The position numbers were made by a program, and so were the translations under genes. The notes beneath the pieces were generated by a model. That model was given only the letters and a program-made list of their open reading frames with translations, ran no database searches and was not told the origin of the DNA. Shown here piece by piece: positions 8,954-17,751 of a stretch of 64,000 nucleotides of DNA. The DNA is from a virus, in IMG/VR virus record IMGVR_UViG_3300026488_000019, positions 20,996 through 84,995 of that record; one strand, written 5' to 3'. Every line of letters starts with the position of its first letter. Positions within the stretch are counted from its first letter, which is position 1.

Positions 8954-9443
8954 TTATAACTCCTACTATTCTGTATAGTAGATTAACAGACTCTATTTCG
9001 CTATTAGAGTTCCAAGCTCTCTTAAATGAAGATGATAAAAACCCAATTACAGACTTATTCCATATAAGCTGATTTTGTCTGCTGTACTTCTTAATGTGGA
9101 ATAGCAGTGTAATAGAGAGCAAAGGTTTTCTTTTGTATCTTAATTCTTCTTGTAAGGTTAACCACTTTGCTAATCTTCCCTCATCGTCTAATAATAATGT
9201 AAAGGAAAGTTCTCCTAAAGTTACTCCAGTTGGGTAAGAAGCTGTAATTCCTGCTGTAGTAACAGAGGATTCAGTTGGGGAGTAAAGCTCTAGGTTTACA
9301 TCTGTAATAGGTAGAAACTTGTCAAAAGGAGAAGGAGGAGGGGGAATTTCACTCCCCCTATAAGGCTCTACTGTTATATCCCACTTATAAGTAGTTGAAA
9401 AATCCCATTTTTTGTATAGTAGGTCTGATAACTTTATCATCAC
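8946..9443 (-). CDS. Tail-tube-like protein (gp54-like)
   Basis: Similar layout to the adjacent tube protein (YKWDI, GELSFTL, KWL). Confidence 0.55.
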   Translation of the reverse strand: MMIKLSDLLYKKWDFSTTYKWDITVEPYRGSEIPPPPSPFDKFLPITDVNLELYSPTESSVTTAGITASYPTGVTLGELSFTLLLDDEGRLAKWLTLQEELRYKRKPLLSITLLFHIKKYSRQNQLIWNKSVIGFLSSSFKRAWNSNSEIESVNLLYRIVGVINE

Positions 9444-9445
9444 TC

Positions 9446-9976
9446 TTACTCATCATAGTAGTCTACATAAGTGATGGTGAGAGTAGGTTTAGCTATGTCT
9501 GAATCAGAACCTAAATCCCCTCCTACTGGATCATAATCAGAAAGGAAGCAACCTACTAAATGGTATCTCCAGATAACTTTATCTTGCCTATCCAACCTTT
9601 CTAGAACTATTTCAGCTTCTACATCAGAAGTTTTCTTGTGGGTTTGAGTATTGTATTCAGCACAGGCTTCTCTCCAATCCCTAATCCACTTCTGAACTAG
9701 AGCATCAACAGTATCTACTAAGGTAACTGTAATCTCTCCAGATGACTCATTAACTCCAGGTTGGAAAAGTCTGTGTCCTCTAATTCTATACTCAATCTTC
9801 TGGTTAGTTTTCTTAGGAACTCCACTAGTAAGAACTCTTAAGTTAATTTCGTTAGAAGAAGGGAAAGGGACTGCTGGAGGAGCTTTTACTACTATAAAGT
9901 TCCATTGATAAAGAGTTGCTTTATCAGGTAAAGTTCTAAGTTCACTAAGGGTAGGCCTAACCATATTAACCTCCAA
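9446..9976 (-). CDS. Tail tube protein (T4 gp19-like); likely start at MVRPTL
   Basis: Directly after the sheath; GEITVTLVDT..WIRDW, LERLDRQ..YHLVGCF, LTITYVDY. Confidence 0.85.
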   Translation of the reverse strand: MEVNMVRPTLSELRTLPDKATLYQWNFIVVKAPPAVPFPSSNEINLRVLTSGVPKKTNQKIEYRIRGHRLFQPGVNESSGEITVTLVDTVDALVQKWIRDWREACAEYNTQTHKKTSDVEAEIVLERLDRQDKVIWRYHLVGCFLSDYDPVGGDLGSDSDIAKPTLTITYVDYYDE

Positions 9977-11546
9977 TAGTTATTTCACCAAAGTTAACTC
10001 CAGTAGAGCTAAGCGTAAGAGGTACTTTAATGTATTCAACTACTCTCATAGGTTTAATGAAAATCCAAACTTCTAGTTCATTGTTATCTATTACTTGAGG
10101 AGTGTTATTCTCCTCATCACACTTTACATAGTAGTCGTAGATACCTCTTTTAGCTTTTACTTCCTCTAGGTAAGAAGAAAGGATAGTTCTAACACGATAC
10201 CTAGTTTCTTCATCGTTAAACTCAAAGAAGAAGGATTCAAGCATACGCTTAATAGCAGGTTTGAGAGCTACAAGGAGAAGTCTAACATTTAGCCTATCTA
10301 AGGCTGAAGGAATTCTTTGGAGTGTCTTTTGACCAAAGATAGCTATTCCCATTCCTGGTTTAAACTTGATGAAGTTAACATTATTATCATAGAGGTAATC
10401 TTGTTCTGCTTTAGTAAACCTCTTATAAACATCTAAAACATTGAGTTTACCCCTATTCCAACCAGCAGGAGCATACCAAATCTCTTGGTTAGTAGCAGTT
10501 TGGGAGATAACAGCTCCTACAAAACCAGTAGGGTCTACATATATTTCCCTGTTGTTAAACCTATCTAAAACTTTGACATGGGAAACATATACAGCTCCAT
10601 AGGAAGAAGGGTTGTTAAGTTCTTTAGTTACATAATCAACTATATCATTTACTGAATTTTGCTTATCAATAGGAACTGATAGAATAGCTACACAGTCCTC
10701 TCTTTCTTCAGCAATGGAGATAAGTTCTCTTTGATAAGCTGGAGTTGACCAACCTCCATCCATTAAAACTGTAACAGGGTAGGAATCAGCATCTTTAAAC
10801 TCTTGGAGAGCTTGAACCATTTGAGCATCAGTTACAGGATTTCCATCATCTCCACCTGAAAGGGAAACTGGAGTAGTTATATCTTCAGGGTTAATTGAGC
10901 TATCTACAGCTATATTATCTACAATCTGGATATACCTAGACTTTCCATTTACTGATTCTACATAGATGTTATTACCATAACCATCTTTAGCTTCAGGATT
11001 TCTAGAAAGAACCCAAGACTCTACAGGTTTTCCATCTAGGAGAACCTCTAAGAGGAAAGCATTAGGAAGTTTTACTAGGTCTGGATTAGTAGAGTAGTTA
11101 GTAATCTTAATGCTTAACCTGTTGTTCCAAGCTCCTCTATTAGAACCTAATACTGCAAATACATGATCGTTTCCAAATGATACATCAGTAGGAGAAGAGA
11201 CTCCAGAAGTTAGTCCTTTAGTAGAATCTACTGAACCGTCTCCATCAATATCTTGACCTGAAGATACTAATACCCCTCCATAAAGAGCTCCATTAGTTAC
11301 TCTCTTTACCCAGAGCTTATTTGATTTCTCTAGAAAAGCTAAAGCTGAAAAGTGAGTAAGAGTTTCTCCTATGTGAACCTTACCATCTAGAGTAAACTTG
11401 TTTAGGTAATCTGTTTGAGAAGATACTAGAGTAGGTTCCTCTGAACCAAACTTAGAAGGAACTAACATTAAACCATATACTCCAGGAAATCCTGGAACCG
11501 TTTGGGAAAGGTCTTTTTCTGTTATCACAATGGTAGGAGCAGACAT
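9966..11546 (-). CDS. Tail sheath protein
   Basis: WYAPAGWNRG, FGQKTLQ..SALDRLNVRLLL, FEFNDEETR and VKCDEENNTPQVIDNNE motifs. Confidence 0.95.
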   Translation of the reverse strand: MSAPTIVITEKDLSQTVPGFPGVYGLMLVPSKFGSEEPTLVSSQTDYLNKFTLDGKVHIGETLTHFSALAFLEKSNKLWVKRVTNGALYGGVLVSSGQDIDGDGSVDSTKGLTSGVSSPTDVSFGNDHVFAVLGSNRGAWNNRLSIKITNYSTNPDLVKLPNAFLLEVLLDGKPVESWVLSRNPEAKDGYGNNIYVESVNGKSRYIQIVDNIAVDSSINPEDITTPVSLSGGDDGNPVTDAQMVQALQEFKDADSYPVTVLMDGGWSTPAYQRELISIAEEREDCVAILSVPIDKQNSVNDIVDYVTKELNNPSSYGAVYVSHVKVLDRFNNREIYVDPTGFVGAVISQTATNQEIWYAPAGWNRGKLNVLDVYKRFTKAEQDYLYDNNVNFIKFKPGMGIAIFGQKTLQRIPSALDRLNVRLLLVALKPAIKRMLESFFFEFNDEETRYRVRTILSSYLEEVKAKRGIYDYYVKCDEENNTPQVIDNNELEVWIFIKPMRVVEYIKVPLTLSSTGVNFGEITIGG

Positions 11547-11548
11547 TA

Positions 11549-11767
11549 CTACTTAACCTCCATAATAGAGTGGTTTCCAAAAGTTTGAATTTGAGAGTTA
11601 GAGTTAACTTCTATTATTCCTTTAGGAGGAAGGATTAGAACTTGTCCATCTACTCTAATACGAATATCAAAAGGATTAGGGTTTAGCAGTTTTTTAGTTG
11701 TTTTAGTAGGAATTGTAGGCTTTTCTTTAATGGAAAGTTCTTTAGGTTCTTTTCGTTTTTTAGCCAT
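11549..11767 (-). CDS. Small hypothetical virion-module protein
   Basis: ORF with GAGG SD in the operon. Confidence 0.6.
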   Translation of the reverse strand: MAKKRKEPKELSIKEKPTIPTKTTKKLLNPNPFDIRIRVDGQVLILPPKGIIEVNSNSQIQTFGNHSIMEVK

Positions 11768-11782
11768 ATTTCTAACCTCACT

Positions 11783-12472
11783 TTAAGGAGTTAAAGTTTC
11801 TTTATCCAAAGTTGATGAATCATCCCAGTCATAGATAATATCTCTAATTGTCTTGATAATACCTATCTTCTCCTTGTTTAAGGAGAGAATTGGAACTTCA
11901 AAAGTTATTTCAAAAGTACCTGAGAAAAGTTTCTTATCTGGGTACTCTTTTACTATCTCTAGGAAAGGTTCACACTTGATACCAATCTTAGTATCAAAAG
12001 TTATTTCATCAGTTAAAGGAACTGATATATCTAAAGAACCGTGTCCAACCCAATCTAAAAAGAACATTTCCTCAAATTCATACTGATACCTAAACACATT
12101 AGTGAGAGGTTTAAGTCTTAAAGTTATCTCAGCTAAACGATACCTTCCTTTGTAATTGTAAGGTATTAATCCTGCTTCAACTAAACTTTTTAAATACTCT
12201 CTAGAATAAGCTTGAATGTCAAACCTTCTGTAGTTTTGAATTTGAAAGGAGCTTCTGTTATATAAGAGGAGGAAGAACTTAGATTGCTTACTTAAACCTA
12301 CCCTCTTTAATCCATCTGGAACAGTTTGTAAATCAGGAGAGAAGTAAAAGCTTTTTTGGAAAGTAAAGTGGGGGGTTGAATAGGGAGTTTTCACTAAAGG
12401 GAAATCAAAAGTATCTTCTAGGTAGTCTTGGAGGGATTTAAGAACTCCAAAGATATAGAAATCGGATAGCAT
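11783..12472 (-). CDS. Putative tail terminator / sheath stabiliser (gp15-like)
   Basis: Gene order, upstream of the sheath. Confidence 0.45.
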   Translation of the reverse strand: MLSDFYIFGVLKSLQDYLEDTFDFPLVKTPYSTPHFTFQKSFYFSPDLQTVPDGLKRVGLSKQSKFFLLLYNRSSFQIQNYRRFDIQAYSREYLKSLVEAGLIPYNYKGRYRLAEITLRLKPLTNVFRYQYEFEEMFFLDWVGHGSLDISVPLTDEITFDTKIGIKCEPFLEIVKEYPDKKLFSGTFEITFEVPILSLNKEKIGIIKTIRDIIYDWDDSSTLDKETLTP

Positions 12473-12474
12473 TA

Positions 12475-12897
12475 TTACCTCATACTAGTAAGGTAAATTT
12501 CATAGTAAGCTCCAGCTCTAGTAGGATCTTCTTTTATATGAGAGACTTGGAAAGCTAAAGTTTTGTTATTAATAGTAATTTCAACCTTAGAATTAAGAGG
12601 GGGAGGTTCTTTCTTACCTGAAAGAAACCAAACTACCTCATCTTGAGAGAAAGCTTCCTCTAAAGATGAATCAGTAGGAGATAAGAAAGCTGAATTGTAT
12701 ATGCTAGCTAAAAGTATATTTGCTTCTAGATCTGGAGTGTTGTTATAAGTAATCTCAGCATCTTGATCTAGCAAAGAACCATATTGAACTGGATAATAAA
12801 TCTTAGCTGGAAAACCTAAGATGTTTTCCAGAACTGAAAGTTGAGTAGAGGTTGTTTTAGCTATTACTCTAGTTATCTGTTCTAATACAGTTGCCAT
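12475..12897 (-). CDS. Putative head-closure / neck protein
   Basis: Gene order and size; AAGGA SD. Confidence 0.45.
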   Translation of the reverse strand: MATVLEQITRVIAKTTSTQLSVLENILGFPAKIYYPVQYGSLLDQDAEITYNNTPDLEANILLASIYNSAFLSPTDSSLEEAFSQDEVVWFLSGKKEPPPLNSKVEITINNKTLAFQVSHIKEDPTRAGAYYEIYLTSMR

Positions 12898-12915
12898 TGT
12901 ATATCCTTAATGGAG

Positions 12916-13098
12916 TTAGGATTCTTTGTCTAGTGAAATAAGCTTTAAAGCTCTACTGTAAAGTAGAGTAGAAAGGGTCTTATCTTCATCATAAAGAAGT
13001 AAAGCAGTATTAAGCAATTGGATAGCTTCTATAATGTAGAGTGTAGGTTCTTTACTGCTTAACCTGATTATTAACCTTACTATGGCTTGCTTGTCCAT
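12916..13098 (-). CDS. Hypothetical protein
   Basis: Short ORF in the operon direction. Confidence 0.4.
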   Translation of the reverse strand: MDKQAIVRLIIRLSSKEPTLYIIEAIQLLNTALLLYDEDKTLSTLLYSRALKLISLDKES

Positions 13099-13130
13099 TT
13101 GAACTCTCTAGTATTACGATTAGTTGGATT

Positions 13131-13196
13131 AGTATTACTTAATAATACTAAATTTTATTGACCCTAGGAAATTTTGAATAGCAGTAATACTAAGTA
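13131..13196. repeat. Dispersed 66-bp repeat, copy A (AGTATTACT/AGTAATACT-rich arms)
   Basis: 63/66 identical to 42513..42578 by manual alignment. Confidence 0.9.
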
Positions 13197-13220
13197 AGAT
13201 GAATTAGTTAAAAAGTATTA

Positions 13221-14003
13221 CTAACCTAGTACAGCCTCTATATAACCTGCATCCTTAACCCAATCTACTAACTGCTGGTCTGTTATCCCGTTCTTACCTT
13301 TAATCCTCTTATCTCTTGCAAACTGAAGGAAAGAAGTTTCATCAGAAAAACTCTCTACACTACCACTAGGATAAACTACATCAAAAGTATCTCCATCATA
13401 AGTAATTATCACTTTAGTAGCCTCTTCCTCAGTTTTCTTAAATATCTTTCTTAAGAGCTGAAGTACTTTAGTCCTCTTCTTACAGATTGGATCTCCTTTC
13501 CTATCTCCTGAACAACCATACCTGTTGTAGAAAAAGTTTACCCTAGCAACAGCTTGCTTATAATCCTTAGAAGCCTTAGCTACTGTTTTAGCTATTGTTT
13601 CAGGGTCTTTAGTAAACAAACCTTCAGGAGGATGCCACTTAGGTTTAACTTTGTTTACCCAGTTAGCTTCATCTATCTCTAGGAGTAAGTTGTTAAGTCT
13701 TTCTATTAACCTCATCTCATTAACTCCACAAACCTTTTTAAGCTTTTGTATTAGTGAAAGCGTTTTAGAGCTGAATTTTCTTTCCTTAGCTAGTTTTATT
13801 ACTCTGCAAACAAAGATTCTCTGGTAGTTAGATTTACAACCAAACTTAAGTATTTCCTCCAACCTTCTCTGAAGAGAGTCCTCTGGAAGTAAGTGGAGAT
13901 GGTTGATTAGGAAAAGGAAGGAGGCTTGGTCTATGAAGAACTTAGGGAGTTGCTCTTTAACCTTCCTCTCCTCCACTTTGAAGCTCCTTAGCCTTATTCT
14001 CAA
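13221..14003 (-). CDS. Hypothetical protein with a DUF3175-like region; probable internal start at 13715 (MRLIERLNNLLLE)
   Basis: KWHPPEGLFTKDPETIA...VNFFYNRYG; GGAG 8 nt upstream of the in-frame ATG at 13715. Confidence 0.5.
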   Translation of the reverse strand: MRIRLRSFKVEERKVKEQLPKFFIDQASFLFLINHLHLLPEDSLQRRLEEILKFGCKSNYQRIFVCRVIKLAKERKFSSKTLSLIQKLKKVCGVNEMRLIERLNNLLLEIDEANWVNKVKPKWHPPEGLFTKDPETIAKTVAKASKDYKQAVARVNFFYNRYGCSGDRKGDPICKKRTKVLQLLRKIFKKTEEEATKVIITYDGDTFDVVYPSGSVESFSDETSFLQFARDKRIKGKNGITDQQLVDWVKDAGYIEAVLG

Positions 14004-14295
14004 TAAACTCTACCATAGCTTTAAGTCCACCTTCATCTACCTCATAGGAATCAAAGACAATGTTACCATTTTCATCTAGCTTAGTATTTACTTGGATGAT
14101 TTCCTTACCTGCTACATTAATAGCTACCATGTAAGTACCCTGCTCTTCATCAATAGGGTCAAAGTCAAAGTAAGAGGACTCCCTAAGGATAATTCCCATT
14201 TTATCGTAAAGGTCAGATGTAAGAGCTTCCTTAACCTTTTTCTTCTTAGATTTACACCTCTCTACTAAAGCTAAAAGTCTTTTAGCGTTAGCCAT
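13957..14295 (-). CDS. Hypothetical protein (possible internal head protein)
   Basis: GGAGG SD; N-terminal RLLALVE motif. Confidence 0.6.
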   Translation of the reverse strand: MANAKRLLALVERCKSKKKKVKEALTSDLYDKMGIILRESSYFDFDPIDEEQGTYMVAINVAGKEIIQVNTKLDENGNIVFDSYEVDEGGLKAMVEFIENKAKELQSGGEEG

Positions 14296-14308
14296 AACTT
14301 AACCTCCT

Positions 14309-14500
14309 CTACATAACTGAATCTTTCCAATCTATTGCTAGTGTAGGGCAATTTTGGATACATAACCCACAATTTAAACAAGAGGATTCACTTGAACTAG
14401 AAAAGTGAGGGTAATCGTTAAGAATTTGAAAACAACCCATAGGACATTCATCTACACAGATATAGCATTGGATACACAACTCGTAATCTATTTTCACCAT
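14309..14500 (-). CDS. 2[4Fe-4S]-type ferredoxin
   Basis: CIQCYICVDECP and CLNCGLCIQNCP: two CxxCxxCxxxCP motifs. Confidence 0.9.
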   Translation of the reverse strand: MVKIDYELCIQCYICVDECPMGCFQILNDYPHFSSSSESSCLNCGLCIQNCPTLAIDWKDSVM

Positions 14501-14502
14501 TC

Positions 14503-14943
14503 CTATCCCTCTACCTCAACTTCTATTTCACACTCTCCATCTTCCATAGCACAAAGAACTGCATCTTCAGCAGTAGGATTGGACTTAAGTTGAAGGAGTT
14601 TAGCTATTGCATCTACTTTATTAAGAGCTGAAAAGATAGGATTACCTTGCTCATCTATTAAATCAAAAGTAGGAGCATCTGAACCATTAAAGATAAGTTT
14701 AGCTTTTATAACTTTAGTTTCATTTTTCTTAGACTCTTCAGGCTCTTCATCAGGTTGTTCTGGTTCTTGATTATCTACTTTCCTAGTCATAGGAGTACCA
14801 CACTTAGGACAATCATAGTTAGAACAAGGTACTCCCATAGGAGCTTCCATCTCATAACCACAGTTAGGACATACACAGGTTTTAGTAGGAATTTCTATAT
14901 CTAAGTCCTCTAGCAAGGAAATTATTTCATGTATCTTTGCCAT
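14503..14943 (-). CDS. Double zinc-ribbon protein
   Basis: CVCPNCG...GVPCSNYDCPKCGTPMTR. Confidence 0.7.
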   Translation of the reverse strand: MAKIHEIISLLEDLDIEIPTKTCVCPNCGYEMEAPMGVPCSNYDCPKCGTPMTRKVDNQEPEQPDEEPEESKKNETKVIKAKLIFNGSDAPTFDLIDEQGNPIFSALNKVDAIAKLLQLKSNPTAEDAVLCAMEDGECEIEVEVEG

Positions 14944-14965
14944 AACCTAACCTCCTTTATTACTG

Positions 14966-14994
14966 AAAATGGGAGAGGGTTAGTACCCTCTCCC
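14966..14994 (-). terminator. Rho-independent terminator after the major capsid gene
   Basis: GGGAGAGGGT-ACTA-ACCCTCTCCC followed by ATTTT on the minus strand. Confidence 0.75.
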
Positions 14995-15002
14995 TATATC
15001 AA

Positions 15003-15431
15003 TTAAGCATTCTTAACTTCAAGCTTACCTACAAACTGAGGAACAATTACCTCTACTCCAGCCCATACAGCAACAGCCCTCTGGTTTGTTAGTGGGTTAG
15101 GGGAAAGTGGAATGAGGTCTGTAGTGGTGAGAGGCATATAAGGAGCATAAACTGCAGCACCTTCAAATGGATTATCAGGATTATAAATTCCTAATGCTAC
15201 ATTAGCAGGTAGTGCATTAGCATCATTAACCCTAATAACAGTTACTCCATCAAGAGTACCAAATACATGAGCACCCATTGCCTTACCATCAGCTATCTTC
15301 TCAAATCCAGGGAGAGTTGAAAGGATGGATGCTACCTTAGCACCTGCTATGATAACATTAATAACTCCTCTACCTGCATTCTGAACAATAGAACCTTCAA
15401 GGTCTGCAAGTGCGTCCTTAACTGTTTGCTT
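15003..15431 (-). CDS. Major capsid protein, exon 2
   Basis: KQTVKDALADLEG...AAVYAPYMPL, the gp23-like C-terminal YAPY motif; begins right after the intron's terminal G. Confidence 0.9.
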   Translation of the reverse strand, partial: KQTVKDALADLEGSIVQNAGRGVINVIIAGAKVASILSTLPGFEKIADGKAMGAHVFGTLDGVTVIRVNDANALPANVALGIYNPDNPFEGAAVYAPYMPLTTTDLIPLSPNPLTNQRAVAVWAGVEVIVPQFVGKLEVKNA

Positions 15432-16726
15432 CATCACCTTCAGCAGGGATCGCTACTCCCCACCCGTCTTACCAGGAGGTTCTATGTAATCTTTATACTT
15501 TCTAAGATAAGTTTTCCAAGTAGGATAAGAATTGGGATAATATTCTTTCCTCACTCTTTCATAATTTTCTTCAGTACAGGGAAGAGAAAGTTCATTAAGC
15601 TTATCCAGAATCTTAACTATCATTCTAATGGTTCTTTGTCTCAGACCTTCTTCAGTATGAACTTTCATTCCTTTAGTAATTCTTATTAAACCTTTAGCTA
15701 ACTTCTCCTTTCTAGTTTTAACTCTCTTCTCAATTGCCTCTTTAGGCATCTTCCTACCTTTAAGCTTCTCACTAATCTTCCTCTTGGTCTCCTCGCTATG
15801 TCTCCTTCCTCTGGACTTTTCACCTATTTTTCTCCTAGTTTCCTCGCTCCACTTTCTACCCCAATTAGGATGCTCAGGCCCTCTTGGGTAATACCTACTT
15901 CCTATCTTCTTTCTAGTTTCTTCATCAAATTTTCTTCCAAATCTCTTCTTCCTTATTTCAGAGGGTAACCCTTCTCCTGAAACTCCATCACCACCAGGAG
16001 TAAGGTTATGTAGAGGGCCTTGCCCTAACTCATACCTTCCTATGGTAGCTATTAGTTCTTTTTCTTTCTCTAACGCTTCCTCTTCTGTTAAACCTGAAAA
16101 TACTTCCAAAATAATAGGTTCAAGTCCAGCATTCCAAATAGCTTTAATTTGGTTATTTTTAGGGTGCTTAATACCCTTCCTCGCTTCATCCAAATGAGCA
16201 AACTTTCTCTTCCCTGTACCCTTACCTACATAGAAAGGTTCATAATCAAACTCATACTTACCATACTTGAACTTTCCAGGATAACGAGGGTCTAGGTAAA
16301 CATATACATAGAACCTTCTGGCAGACCGCCCAGAGGTTTCCCTCTGGGATGGGACTATATCACCACTCTGGGGCATTTTATTAACCTCCTAAAGCAGGAT
16401 ATATGATTATTATAACCTATAACCCCAGAGTGCCCCCCATTTCGTCCTCGCTTGAGGACTACTCCAGGGCAGGAATCCAAAATAGGATTCCTGTTTATCC
16501 CCTTGGATAGTCTCTGAACCTTCCCCATAGGTATCATAAGATACCTTTAGGGGCTTGGCTGCGGGTTGCCCATTTCAGGAGTTTTACTCCCTCATCCCTT
16601 AGCTTTTTACCATACCCACAGGCTTGCGACCTGTGGCCCTCACTAAGGTTTCCCTTAGTGAGTTGGTACTAAGGGCTTTAGGGCTTTCCCGCAATTAGGG
16701 GGGTTTAACGAGCACTAGCAAAACTA
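15432..16726 (-). ncRNA. Group I self-splicing intron (1295 nt) in the major capsid gene, with P7.1/P7.2-like extensions (IA-like)
   Basis: P1 GAGCAU/UAG-UUUUG-CUA-GUGCUC with the U.G pair at the 5' splice site. P: AAUUGCGGGAAA. Q: AACCCGCAGCCAAG. R: GUUCAGAGACUA. S: GAUAUAGUCC. P3 CCCCCC/GGGGGG; P8 CACUCUGGGG/CCCCAGAGUG; P9 CCCAGAGG-GAAA-CCUCUGGG. Terminal G at 15432; P10 UUUGCU/AGCAAA. Splicing gives in-frame YFEH|KQTV. Confidence 0.95.
15453..16376 (-). CDS. Intron-encoded GIY-YIG homing endonuclease with NUMOD3 repeats
   Basis: FYVYVYLDPR...PFYVGKG..R..H..E..LHNLTPGGDG; repeats GRKWSEETRRKIG / GRRHSEETKRKIS; AGGAGG SD in the P8 loop. Confidence 0.9.
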   Translation of the reverse strand: MPQSGDIVPSQRETSGRSARRFYVYVYLDPRYPGKFKYGKYEFDYEPFYVGKGTGKRKFAHLDEARKGIKHPKNNQIKAIWNAGLEPIILEVFSGLTEEEALEKEKELIATIGRYELGQGPLHNLTPGGDGVSGEGLPSEIRKKRFGRKFDEETRKKIGSRYYPRGPEHPNWGRKWSEETRRKIGEKSRGRRHSEETKRKISEKLKGRKMPKEAIEKRVKTRKEKLAKGLIRITKGMKVHTEEGLRQRTIRMIVKILDKLNELSLPCTEENYERVRKEYYPNSYPTWKTYLRKYKDYIEPPGKTGGE

Positions 16727-17680
16727 ATGCTCAAAATAGCTTACTCCATCTGGAGGAGTTTTGTCCCAATTAATAGTTCCACCAGCAGGATTAGCATTCA
16801 TCTTCCTGATAAGGTCACCACCAATCTCATTGTTAATAGCTACAACCAGGTCTTTAGCTAGTTCATCTTCAGCTACAATTCCAAACCTTTGCCTGAGAGC
16901 ATAAGATTGGAGAAGTCCTACTACTCCTTTAAGAGCATAAATCCTAGCTGTAACAGGTACAGATTCAAATACAGAACCAATGCTAGGTAGGTCTGCTTGA
17001 GCTTCTACATCAAGCTGATATCCAACTACAATAGGAGTTCCATTAGCAGGAGCATCAGCAAAGTGGAGTTCTACTGTACCAGTTTTGTAGTCAATAGAAC
17101 CCCAAACTCCTACTCCAAGGATTACTCCATTACCATCATCCTTACCGTAAACCTTTCCAGCTTTAACTTGGAAAGTTTCAGGTCTTACAGGAACAGGTTC
17201 AATTGTTACTGTGAAGTCTTTAGTAGTACCGTCTCCAGTAGCTACTTCTTTATCTGAAACTACATTAGAAGCAAGTCCACTAGGAAGAACTGCTCCAGTT
17301 CTAGGGTCAATAATAGTATCTCCTGTGTCTTGCCTCTTGATTACTTTGAAGTAAACATTTCCACGCTCTTCTTCAATGTTCTGTACACTAGCTATGAAAG
17401 GAATAACAGAGTTACCATAAGCTACTGTGATAACATCAAAAGCTACTTTGGGAAGAGCTCCTAGTGAGCTAAGTCCATCTTCCTTAACAGTAGCTTCTAG
17501 CATTTCCCACTTTTCAAGCTCTTTCCCAAGCTGAACTACATCCCAAGCTTGTACTCCTTTAAGCTTACCAAGAATAGTATGATCTTCAAGAGTTTCTACC
17601 TGCTCACGATATCTTTTAAAGTAGTTCTCTGCCTGTGCTTCTACTTCCCTAAGCTTCTTTTCAATAATGAGTTCGCTCAT
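16727..17680 (-). CDS. Major capsid protein, exon 1 (spliced product 460 aa; T4 gp23-like with an inserted beta domain)
   Basis: Follows the protease/scaffold; AGGAGG SD; IASVQNIEEERGNVYF, VPVTARIYALK and AEDELAKDLVVAINNEI motifs. Confidence 0.9.
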
Positions 17681-17723
17681 ATTAATCCTCCTTTGTGTAA
17701 TTTAATTTGAGTTGAAGTGAGTT

Positions 17724-17751
17724 TAACTAACCTGATAGTGCAGGTTAGTTA
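17724..17751 (-). other. Hairpin between the protease/scaffold and capsid genes
   Basis: TAACTAACCTG-N6-CAGGTTAGTTA, a perfect 11-bp stem. Confidence 0.6.

Noticed and set aside
15432-15437. GTG/ATG start of an independent 144-aa gene at 15437
   Set aside because: These bases are the intron's 3' end; the ORF is capsid exon 2.
16355-16537. 60-aa minus-strand ORF inside the intron
   Set aside because: It overlaps ribozyme elements P6-P8; a chance ORF in GC-rich structured RNA.
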